Shown: in pieces, positions 1-7,582 of the stretch
How positions within the stretch are numbered: position 1 is the first letter of the stretch
Layout of the letters: every line of letters starts with the position of its first letter
DNA from: a virus
Taxonomy: Duplodnaviria; Caudoviricetes
Direction: 5' to 3' (one strand)
DNA: 39,375 bases
IMG/VR virus record: IMGVR_UViG_3300025670_000138
Coordinates: 1-39,375 of that record
Program-made: the position numbers and the translations under genes
The notes under the pieces: generated by a model
Seen by the model: the letters and a program-made list of their open reading frames with translations, nothing else
Databases searched by the model: none
Told to the model about the DNA's origin: nothing

Positions 1-1146
1 TTAAGCAAAATGAAAGTTATTCCTTCCTTCGTTTTTAACTTTGTACATCGCTTTATCTGCAATATGGGTTAGCTTTTCTAAGGTATCTGCTTGGGATGGA
101 CAAAATACTATCCCAATACTCGCTCCTACATGAACTTGAATATCGGAAATTAAAATCGGTTTATTTACAGCTGATATTATTTTACTCGCAGTTTTTTCAA
201 TTACTTCTTTGTTATTTATTGATGATCTATGTAGTAAAATTAAAAACTCATCTCCTCCGATGCGAGCAACTATATCTTCTTTACGAACAATTGATTTAAG
301 TCTTTTTGCTATTTCTATTAGTACTTGATCACCGGTATTATGGCCAAACTCATCATTAATTGGCTTGAACTTATCTAAGTCTATGAATAGCAAGGCTACT
401 TCAGAGTTTTCCCTTATGGAGCGAGCAATGCTATATTCAAATTGTGTATTAAAAAATAGGCGATTACAAAGGCCAGTAAGGGAATCGTGATTAGCAACAT
501 CTAGGGCATATTGTTCTGATTTTTTTATGCGCTGTGTAAATTCTTCAATAATCAACAATGCAAGAAAAAAATGAATGCCAAATAAAATAAGGGCATAAAT
601 GAGAAAGCCTGGGATTTTATAAGGCTCATAAACGTAGGTCAGTACATAGGACTGCCAATGTATGCCACATATAATGAATATCACTGGTAATGCTTTATAT
701 AGAAATCCCTCATGAATTTTAGTCTTGAAAAAAAGTAAAGCTAACTTAAAAAGACCTACAGTACAGAATGTTTGCATGACTATGGCCGACAAAATCATAT
801 TTTTTAGAAAAAACTGGAAATATATAATTGATAGTATTGCGAATAACGCCGCTATCACCATATATTTCCTGTTTATTTTTTGACCGTTAAATTCAGCACT
901 ACCAAAATTTAGGGCGACTACCCAAAAAATCATAAACGCATTATTTATCATAATGCCAGTACTTTCCAAGCCATTGGTGGTAGTTAGTATTTGTGCAATA
1001 TAGCCAGCACACGCTGCACTAGAAGCAATAGCCCACCAACCCGAGCCATTTTTTGTTTTTAAATTTTTGCGTACAGCAAGGAATAGCAGGGCAGCCATGA
1101 AAAAGCCAGTAGAACCAACTATTAGAACAATCTGGAAAATATTCAC
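1..1146 (-). CDS. Membrane-bound diguanylate cyclase (multi-TM sensor + GGDEF domain), host gene
   Basis: About 200 aa hydrophobic N-terminus followed by HDSLTGLCNR, FIDLDKFKPIND, RIGGDEF (with RKED I-site), ASIG and ADKAMYKVK motifs; GTG start. Confidence 0.95.
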   Translation of the reverse strand: MNIFQIVLIVGSTGFFMAALLFLAVRKNLKTKNGSGWWAIASSAACAGYIAQILTTTNGLESTGIMINNAFMIFWVVALNFGSAEFNGQKINRKYMVIAALFAILSIIYFQFFLKNMILSAIVMQTFCTVGLFKLALLFFKTKIHEGFLYKALPVIFIICGIHWQSYVLTYVYEPYKIPGFLIYALILFGIHFFLALLIIEEFTQRIKKSEQYALDVANHDSLTGLCNRLFFNTQFEYSIARSIRENSEVALLFIDLDKFKPINDEFGHNTGDQVLIEIAKRLKSIVRKEDIVARIGGDEFLILLHRSSINNKEVIEKTASKIISAVNKPILISDIQVHVGASIGIVFCPSQADTLEKLTHIADKAMYKVKNEGRNNFHFA

Positions 1147-1332
1147 TGTAAAATCACCGTGTTAGTTTCTGTTAATTATCTAAGTGATCATAGGTATAAT
1201 CTCCTTAGAAGTCTTTTTTAAGTGTGTGCTTCTATGTTGCCAAACAGCGACGCGTTAAAAGGCGAGTGGGTTAGAGATGTTAGCGATTCAAAGTTGAGGT
1301 ATAAGGCCCGCATACTTTGAAAGGTTTTATAC

Positions 1333-1470
1333 TAAACCCCAACCATATTGAAAATCGTATTTTTTGTGGGGCGTAGACTTTAGTCTACCTTTTAAAATAA
1401 TAGTAGGCTAAAGCCTACGCCCCAATATCGCACTTTTAAAAACTACACATTTCTAAGTGGACGGGGTTTA
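1333..1470. repeat. REP/MITE-like nested palindromic element (host)
   Basis: Outer imperfect inverted repeats TAAACCCCaaCCA..GAAA / TTTC..TGGacGGGGTTTA. Inner inverted pair GGGGCGTAGACTTTAGTCTAC (1368-1388) and GTAGGCTAAAGCCTACGCCCC (1403-1423), each itself a hairpin. Confidence 0.65.
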
Positions 1471-1739
1471 TCACAATACCAGCTTGATTCACCTCTGAAT
1501 TCTAGTGCATAAATACTTAACTGTGGTAAGAGTTATATTATCAGATATCCTTGGTATCTAACTTGAAAAACACTGTATCTTGAATGGATTCAGTAACTTT
1601 AATTTATTGTCTGATTTTTCTAGGGGGCTGTAAGGTGTTTGTACAAAGCTTTTAACGGAATTGGAAGAGTAGTCCGAGTAAGTAATTAGGCCGAACTGGC
1701 GCCAATCTACCCAGAAATAGACCAGAAGAAATTTTAAGC

Positions 1740-1779
1740 AAAAAAAAAGGCCCGAAGAGAATAATCTCATCAGGCCTTT
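1740..1779 (-). terminator. Intrinsic terminator downstream of the tRNA-Phe 3' end
   Basis: Minus strand AAAGGCCTGATGAGATTATTCTCTTCGGGCCTTTTTTTTT: stem-loop plus U-run, about 20 bp after the CCA end. Confidence 0.8.
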
Positions 1780-1797
1780 ATTTGTTTGGCTTTAGCA

Positions 1798-1847
1798 TGG
1801 TGCCCAGGGGCGGAATCGAACCGTCGACACGAGGATTTTCAGTCCTC
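1798..1847 (-). repeat. att core: 3' fragment of tRNA-Phe(GAA), anticodon arm to CCA
   Basis: Minus strand GAGGACTGAAAATCCTCGTGTCGACGGTTCGATTCCGCCCCTGGGCACCA gives anticodon GAA, T-arm GTTCGATTC and CCA. A normal 5' half does not adjoin; the fragment lies beside an integrase. Confidence 0.9.
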
Positions 1848-1903
1848 AATGCGCCCTCCGCTACGCTATGGTCGCTGCATTCTCTACCGGTTATCTACCT
1901 GAA

Positions 1904-1946
1904 AGGTCAAGTTTCTGTGGTATATTATTGACCTCGTATTGACCTC
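1904..1946. promoter_or_regulatory. Putative integrase arm-type sites overlapping a probable int promoter
   Basis: TATTGACCTC twice (1926-1935, 1937-1946), inverted AGGTCAA (1904-1910), and extended -10-like TGgTATATT at 1918-1926. Confidence 0.55.
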
Positions 1947-1961
1947 ATAAGGAGCCCTAAG

Positions 1962-3119
1962 ATGGCTGAAAGTTTCTCTTTTACTAATAGACGTTTAGAT
2001 AGTCTAGAGATTCCTGTGCGTGGTAGAAAAGAATATGTAGACACTCAAGTTCCAAAACTACGCCTTCGAGTTTCACCCACAAATAAATCTTTTCTTGTTC
2101 TTAAGTTTCAAGAAGGGAAATCAAAAAGAATAACTATCGGAAAATACCCAGAGATTTCTATAAATTATGCGCGAGATAAAGCGCGTGAGATTCTTCAAGA
2201 GATAAATATGGGTGTGGACATACACGAAAAGAAACGTAAGCAAAAATTCGCTAGTTTAACCTTATACGAATTATTAGAGCTTTACTTAGAAAGTAGAGAA
2301 CTAAAAGATTTAACTATTAGGGATTACAGAACGAAATTCAAGAAGTTCAAAGGACTTAATACAATAGGTAAACTAAGTGACATCACTGAGGATATGATAC
2401 TTAGTCTACATACTGACTTAAGTAAATCATCTCCTACAGCAAGTGCTTGTGCTTTTAGATATCTTTCTGCCGTCTTTAATTATGCTGTTGCTTTAAAGTA
2501 TGTAAAGGAGTCGCCTGTGATGGTCTTAAAGAAAGCTAAGCTTATCAAGAAGACTAATAAAAAAGTAACTATTATACCTGCCGATAAACTTAAAGATTGG
2601 CTAGAGGCAGTCGATAAGAGGCCCTTGAAATATCGAGTATACTTTTACTTACTTATCTATACAGGGTGCCGCACATCAGAGGCTCAACAGCTCTTAAGGG
2701 AAGATGTTGACCTCATAAAGTCTACTTTAATATATAGAGACACTAAGAATGGCTCTGATATGCAGTTCTTTATTTGTGATACTTTAAAAGCTCTTATTCA
2801 AGAGTATCTTTTTGAATACCCTACATCCTCCAAGTATCTTTTATTCCAAACAACGAACGCTTTAAGACCTATTGTTACACCTAGTAAGCAATTTGCACAT
2901 ATAGATAAGGAGATAGACTTTAGAATCACAGCCCATGATGTTAGAAGGACTTTTGCAACAATAGCAGAAACGGTGGGATTAAATTTCTCTATGATTAAAT
3001 GTCTTCTAAATCATTCGAGCTCTTCAGATATAACGCTAAGCTATATTCAAACAGAATTATCTACAAAAATAATAGCGACTAAGAAAATAGAGGCCTTTAT
3101 TAACTCAAAAAGACTCTAA
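1962..3119 (+). CDS. int: Tyrosine integrase (P4-like, N-terminal arm-binding domain)
   Basis: N-terminal LRLRVS..KSF..KRITIGKYPEIS..AR; catalytic GCRTSE, TKNG, HDVRRT, LLNH and LSY; RBS AAGGAG. Confidence 0.95.
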   Translation: MAESFSFTNRRLDSLEIPVRGRKEYVDTQVPKLRLRVSPTNKSFLVLKFQEGKSKRITIGKYPEISINYARDKAREILQEINMGVDIHEKKRKQKFASLTLYELLELYLESRELKDLTIRDYRTKFKKFKGLNTIGKLSDITEDMILSLHTDLSKSSPTASACAFRYLSAVFNYAVALKYVKESPVMVLKKAKLIKKTNKKVTIIPADKLKDWLEAVDKRPLKYRVYFYLLIYTGCRTSEAQQLLREDVDLIKSTLIYRDTKNGSDMQFFICDTLKALIQEYLFEYPTSSKYLLFQTTNALRPIVTPSKQFAHIDKEIDFRITAHDVRRTFATIAETVGLNFSMIKCLLNHSSSSDITLSYIQTELSTKIIATKKIEAFINSKRL

Positions 3120-3175
3120 AAATTGTCATTTTACCAAAAACGTCCCCTCTACAAGCCCCGTCATACGTAGCCTCC

Positions 3176-3200
3176 ATCAGATGTACCCTATTAGAAGAAG
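3176..3200 (+). promoter_or_regulatory. Putative phage RNAP promoter (replication/late genes)
   Basis: ATCAGATGTACCCTATTAGAAGAAG resembles the SP6 promoter (AGGTGACACTATAGAAG), is repeated at 32174-32198, and lies upstream of SSB. Confidence 0.6.
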
Positions 3201-3254
3201 ACACAAAATTTAAGAAATTACTTTTTGTTCTTTTTTCTATGGGGGTAAGGGGGT

Positions 3255-3430
3255 ATCTAAAGACTCTAAAGATTCTAAAGATTCTAAAGATTCTAAAGAT
3301 TCTAAAGATTCTAAAGACTCTTAAGACTCCTAAAGATCTCTAGAGATAATTTCTTCTTCTTAAAAAGAAAATAAAAACTAAAGATTCTAAAGATTCTAAA
3401 GATTCTAAAGATCTTAAGGTTTCTAAAGAT
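3255..3430 (+). repeat. Tandem 9-mer (ATTCTAAAG) arrays
   Basis: Five perfect tandem ATTCTAAAG units plus variants at 3255-3345, and a second run at 3378-3430. Confidence 0.95.
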
Positions 3431-3531
3431 TCCTTCTTTTTATTTATTGTCTGCTTTTTAAAACAAAAGAGGCTTAACGAAAACTCAAAGGCAAATCGCA
3501 ATGTAACTATAAAAATAACTGAGAGATAACT

Positions 3532-3666
3532 ATGGAATATCAAATCAAACAAAAAATATCGGAGATCATTAATGAATATCAAGAAACTCAAGATTTAACT
3601 TTTGAGTCTATGGGTTTTTTGATGGAATTAGGTATACAAGAAGAAGATTTATTTAAACATCTTTAA
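3532..3666 (+). CDS. Small acidic hypothetical protein (44 aa, MEYQIKQKISEII...)
   Basis: Read manually; GAGAG upstream of ATG; phage coding strand; below ORF-track cutoff. Confidence 0.55.
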   Translation: MEYQIKQKISEIINEYQETQDLTFESMGFLMELGIQEEDLFKHL

Positions 3667-3686
3667 GACTTAAGAGAATCTTAAAG
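3661..3686 (+). promoter_or_regulatory. TAAGAG-loop hairpin 1 (upstream of SSB)
   Basis: CTTTAAGACT-TAAGAG-AATCTTAAAG, 9 of 10 pairs. Confidence 0.65.
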
Positions 3687-3720
3687 AAAACTTTAACAAA
3701 AAACAAAGAGAGATAAAATT

Positions 3721-4428
3721 ATGAGTACTAAAAAAAAGAACACAACAGCGGTCATCCCAGCGGGAATCGCAGGATATACATACTTAAATGCTGCAGATAC
3801 AGAATATGTGGCTGAGGGTGAATATAAGACAGAAGTGACAGGCTCTAAAGCGGACTTTTTAGGTTTTATGAAGTTAGTGAAAAAAGAACGTGATGCTTAT
3901 GTAGCTACACTTCAAGAAAAACACTCAAAGACGCATTTTAAGCTTGCTGAGTTTCCATGGAAGAAACTAGAAGATGGTAATTTTAAAATTAAAGCAAAAA
4001 TGAAAGCAAAAGTGGACATGAAAGATGGGACTTCATTTACACAACGTCCTAATGTTTTTGATTCTATGAATAACCTTGTAGATCTACAAAATGTCCTTAT
4101 CAGAAAAGGTTCCACTCTAGTTCTTGGTGTTGAGCTAATTCCGTATTACACAGCTTTAAATGGGGCAGGTATTTCTCTAAGACTTAAAAATGTTCAAGTT
4201 AAGAAACTAGCCACCTCAGACATGGAAAAAACAGTAGCACCTGAAGGTTTTACTATAGATGCTGAAGGTTTTAATGGTGAGACTTATGAAGCACCTGAAG
4301 AATTCTCTGAAAATGAAGAAGCCGAAGTAGATAATTCGTTAGCTGAAGATGCTCAAGATTTTGAAGAAGATCTTGAAGATTTAACTCCTGCAGAACCTGA
4401 AGAGGATGATGATGACACAGACTTTTAG
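3721..4428 (+). CDS. Single-stranded DNA-binding protein (T7 gp2.5-like)
   Basis: GISLRLKNVQV motif, acidic tail ending DDDDTDF, position before endonuclease I. Confidence 0.9.
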   Translation: MSTKKKNTTAVIPAGIAGYTYLNAADTEYVAEGEYKTEVTGSKADFLGFMKLVKKERDAYVATLQEKHSKTHFKLAEFPWKKLEDGNFKIKAKMKAKVDMKDGTSFTQRPNVFDSMNNLVDLQNVLIRKGSTLVLGVELIPYYTALNGAGISLRLKNVQVKKLATSDMEKTVAPEGFTIDAEGFNGETYEAPEEFSENEEAEVDNSLAEDAQDFEEDLEDLTPAEPEEDDDDTDF

Positions 4429-4789
4429 ATCTAAATTTGAAGAGAATATCTTTAAGAATTTAACTAAGAGAGGTAAAGAGTTTTCTTATGAAAGTGAGAA
4501 GATTCTTTATCAAAAGTTACCCTCAAATTATTTAGTTGATTTCAAGATAAAGACTAAAAGTGGGTTAACTATTTATATTGAATCTAAAGGGTATTTCGAA
4601 GCTAAAGATAGAGCAAAACATCTTTTAATAAAAGATCAACATCCTGAAGTAGATTTAAGATTTTTATTTCAGAATTCAAAAAACACATTATCCAAAAAAT
4701 CAAAAACAACTTATGCGAAGTGGTGCGATAGGCACGGCTTTAAGCATGCTGAAGGTACTGCTGTGCCTGAACGCTGGATGGACGAATAG
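4406..4789 (+). CDS. Endonuclease I / Holliday junction resolvase (T7 gp3-like)
   Basis: FRSKFE, YLVDF, IESKG, DRAKHLLIKDQHP and TTYAKWC motifs. Confidence 0.95.
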   Translation: MMMTQTFRSKFEENIFKNLTKRGKEFSYESEKILYQKLPSNYLVDFKIKTKSGLTIYIESKGYFEAKDRAKHLLIKDQHPEVDLRFLFQNSKNTLSKKSKTTYAKWCDRHGFKHAEGTAVPERWMDE

Positions 4790-4798
4790 GAGAGAGTT

Positions 4799-5269
4799 AT
4801 GAGTAAAAGAAAAACAACTTCAGAAATTGTTATTCATTGTAGTGCGACATACGCAGATATGGATATCGGTGTAGCAGAGATAGATAGCTGGCATAAAGAT
4901 AGAGGCTGGTCAGGGTGTGGTTATCATTACATTGTCAGAAGGGATGGAACTCCAGAAATTGGAAGAGATATCACAAAGAAAGGGGCGCATTGTTTTGGGC
5001 TTAATCAACGCTCAGTAGGCATTTGCTTGGTGGGGGGTCTTAGGAAACCTAAAGGTTCTAAAAGTCCTTATGAAGATAATTTCACTAAAGAGCAAAAAGA
5101 TACACTTGCTGATCTTTTAAGGGTTTTACGTAGAGGTTATCCTGCTACAACAATTTTAGGACATAACGAATATGACAAACGTAAAGCGTGTCCTGTTTTT
5201 AATGTTGACCAATTCTTAAAGCGAAACAAAATACCTAAGAAAGGTACAACTTTAAAAAAAGAAAAATAA
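4799..5269 (+). CDS. N-acetylmuramoyl-L-alanine amidase / lysozyme (T7 gp3.5-like)
   Basis: IVIHCSAT, GYHY, GAH, GICLVGG, GH and KACP zinc-amidase motifs. Confidence 0.95.
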   Translation: MSKRKTTSEIVIHCSATYADMDIGVAEIDSWHKDRGWSGCGYHYIVRRDGTPEIGRDITKKGAHCFGLNQRSVGICLVGGLRKPKGSKSPYEDNFTKEQKDTLADLLRVLRRGYPATTILGHNEYDKRKACPVFNVDQFLKRNKIPKKGTTLKKEK

Positions 5270-5300
5270 AAGTGGCACAGTGAAAAAGTGCGGCTAGACT
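5263..5300 (+). promoter_or_regulatory. Conserved host-RNAP-type promoter upstream of the HTH gene
   Basis: A-tract, TGGCAC (5273-5278), 16 nt, TAGACT (5295-5300); same layout as four early-region copies. Confidence 0.75.
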
Positions 5301-5305
5301 TTATA

Positions 5306-5335
5306 TAACTAGGGAAGTAAGAGCTTCCTTAGTTA
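5306..5335 (+). promoter_or_regulatory. TAAGAG-loop hairpin 2
   Basis: TAACTAGGGAAG-TAAGAG-CTTCCTTAGTTA, 12 bp including one G-U. Confidence 0.8.
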
Positions 5336-5367
5336 AAAATTAACTTAAACAAAAAAGAGAAAATATT

Positions 5368-5565
5368 ATGAAAAATCAAAAACAATTAATCATCGAGCAC
5401 TTAAGAGATAAAGATACTCTAACAACCAAAGAAGCACAGGCACTTTACAGGATCGACAGGCTGGCTGCACGTATCCATGAGTTGAAAGCTTTAGGTCATG
5501 TAATTACTATGCAACTTAAGAGAGATCGCACAGGTAAGTCTTACGCATCTTATTCATTAGCGTAA
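5368..5565 (+). CDS. Small winged helix-turn-helix protein (HTH_39-like)
   Basis: Q..IIEHL...LT..EA..Y.I.RLAARIHELK..GH.I....YA.YSL pattern typical of phage winged-HTH proteins. Confidence 0.8.
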   Translation: MKNQKQLIIEHLRDKDTLTTKEAQALYRIDRLAARIHELKALGHVITMQLKRDRTGKSYASYSLA

Positions 5566-5578
5566 AGAAGAACTTTTA

Positions 5579-5610
5579 AAAACTATAGATGTAAGAGCAT
5601 CTGTAGTTTT
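5579..5610 (+). promoter_or_regulatory. TAAGAG-loop hairpin 3 (upstream of primase-helicase)
   Basis: AAAACTATAGATG-TAAGAG-CATCTGTAGTTTT, 13 bp including one U-G. Confidence 0.8.
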
Positions 5611-5663
5611 ATTTTAAACAATTAAACAAATAACTTGAGAGAGAAAATTTGTTAGGAGGAATT

Positions 5664-7433
5664 ATGAGTGTAAAAAAGAATAATGTCAAGCAAGATTACG
5701 TAGAAAGTACTTTCGTTGAGCATGTTAGATGTGATGTATGTGATAGCGAAGATAATAATAGTTTGTACACCGACGGTCATACGCATTGTCATGTATGTGA
5801 AACAACCGTTAAGAATGGAGCTGCAGCAACTCATAAAGAGAAAAAGCAGACTAATGTAAAAGTAGATAAGAATTTATTAGAAATAGACATAAAAGATATA
5901 CCGTCTCGTGAATTAACAAGAGAGACATGTCAAAAATGGAATTATGGTGTAAGTAAATACCAAAAAAGAAATGCTCAAGTCGCTACATATATAGATCATG
6001 AAGGCAATAAAATTGCTCAAAAGGTCAAAATGAAGGGAAAAGAGGCAGGAAAGAAAGAATTTAGATTAATCGGACAGACTAAAGAATTACCACTTTTTGG
6101 TCAGCATCTTTGGAAAGAAGGTGGTAAACGCTTAATTATTACAGAAGGTGAAATAGATGCTATGTCTGTCTCCCAAGTACAAGAACATAAATGGCCTGTT
6201 GTTTCAGTGCCTTACGGTGCTCAAAGTGCCTTAAAAAGTATTAAAGAAAATTTAACCTTTGTAGAGTCTTTTCAAGAGGTGGTTTTCGCTTTTGATAATG
6301 ATAAAGCAGGTCAAGAAGCAGTTGAAGAATGTATCAGAGTGCTGTCTCCAGGAAAAGCTTTCTTAGTTTCTTTTGAATTAAAAGATGCTAATGAATATCT
6401 TAAAGCGGGTCGTATTGTTGATCTTGTTCAAGTTTTATGGAAAGCCAGAAAGTATAAACCTCAAGGTATCCTGCGAGGTCCAGAGCTTAGCTTTGAAGAT
6501 ATGATGGAAGCGGGAGGTATTAAGTATGAATTACCTTGGCCAAAATTAAATCAAAAACTTGATGGTCTTCATAAAGCCGCTTTAACAATGGTTGCAGCAG
6601 GTTCGGGTGTCGGTAAGACAACTCTAGTTGCTCAATTAGCAGAAGATCTAAGAGAAATGCATGATTGTAAAATCGGTAATATTTTTCTTGAAGAGTCTAT
6701 CCATGAAACAGCTCAAAGATTAACCGCTATGAATGGAGGTTTTTCTTCAAGTGAACTTAAATCTGCAGTTAATCCACAGAAAAAAAGAGGACAAGCGAGA
6801 AAGATCTATACCAGAGGTTCTGAAGAATACAAAAAGAAAACAGAAAAATTCAGAGCTGCTTTTGAAAAGGTTCAATCAGAAAACAATATATTTTATGATC
6901 ACTTTGGTTCTTTAGAAGCTGATGATTTATTGTCTATGATGCGATTTATGGCTGTTTCAGAAGAATGTGATTTTATTATTTTAGATCATATCTCTATTGC
7001 TGTTACAGACACTGATGATGCAAAAGATGGTGAAAGAATGGCTATCGATCGCTTAATGACACGCTTAAGAACTCTTATTGAGGCAACAGGTGTTGGAGTT
7101 ATTGCTATTGTTCATTTAACGAAACCTGAAGGAAAAACACACGAAGAAGGCGGAAGAGTTACCTCAAATCAATTGAGAGGTTCAGGAAGCTTAAAACAAC
7201 TTTCAGATGCAATTATAGGTCTAGAAAGGGATCAACAAAGCGAAGATGCTTCAAATCAGACAATCCTTAGGCTATTGAAAAATAGAGATAATGGAGAGCT
7301 TGGGGTTTGTGACACGCTTTTATTTAATAAAAAGACTTCTATCTATGAAACTGAAGATATTCAATTATCTAGTGCATTTGTGGAAGGTGTAAAAGCGCTT
7401 GAAGAAGAGCGTGAAGAAGAATTCGAGTTTTAA
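5664..7433 (+). CDS. DNA primase/helicase (T7 gp4-like)
   Basis: Zn ribbon CDVC..HCHVC, TOPRIM EGEIDAM/FDND, Walker A AGSGVGKT, ILDH, LRGSGS and LKNR. Start moved to ATG 5664 because AGGAGG precedes it. Confidence 0.97.
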   Translation: MSVKKNNVKQDYVESTFVEHVRCDVCDSEDNNSLYTDGHTHCHVCETTVKNGAAATHKEKKQTNVKVDKNLLEIDIKDIPSRELTRETCQKWNYGVSKYQKRNAQVATYIDHEGNKIAQKVKMKGKEAGKKEFRLIGQTKELPLFGQHLWKEGGKRLIITEGEIDAMSVSQVQEHKWPVVSVPYGAQSALKSIKENLTFVESFQEVVFAFDNDKAGQEAVEECIRVLSPGKAFLVSFELKDANEYLKAGRIVDLVQVLWKARKYKPQGILRGPELSFEDMMEAGGIKYELPWPKLNQKLDGLHKAALTMVAAGSGVGKTTLVAQLAEDLREMHDCKIGNIFLEESIHETAQRLTAMNGGFSSSELKSAVNPQKKRGQARKIYTRGSEEYKKKTEKFRAAFEKVQSENNIFYDHFGSLEADDLLSMMRFMAVSEECDFIILDHISIAVTDTDDAKDGERMAIDRLMTRLRTLIEATGVGVIAIVHLTKPEGKTHEEGGRVTSNQLRGSGSLKQLSDAIIGLERDQQSEDASNQTILRLLKNRDNGELGVCDTLLFNKKTSIYETEDIQLSSAFVEGVKALEEEREEEFEF

Positions 7434-7582
7434 ACATTTAACAAGGAAGAAATAAAGGGGGTTCTCATAATACCTCCCGAGCAAGGATGCTCAAACTCTA
7501 GCTGTGGTGGGTGGGATGGACCTTCGGGTAATCAGGCTAAAGAAAACTTATGTTAAATGTTAGATAAAAAACGGAGAATATT

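Larger units (their letters stand above)
3117..3430 (+). repeat. Copy 1 of duplicated cassette (phage promoter + G-rich motif + CTAAAG short repeats)
   Basis: 3146-3203 matches 32144-32201 at 57/58 positions; 3311-3384 is identical to 32255-32328. Confidence 0.95.

Noticed and set aside
1798-1904. Functional tRNA-Phe gene or intron-containing tRNA
   Set aside because: The D-arm and first acceptor pair are broken, and the insert is not at a canonical intron position nor group I/II-like; treated as an att core plus relic.
3255-3430. CRISPR array
   Set aside because: 9-bp tandem units with no unique spacers and no cas genes.
3340-3591. Minus-strand 83-aa ORF
   Set aside because: Translation of the tandem repeat (SLESLESLE), antisense to a better-supported small ORF.
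6760-6860. Intein or intron in the helicase (basic insertion) or RNAP
   Set aside because: The insertions are short and in frame and lack intein C/S...HN termini.
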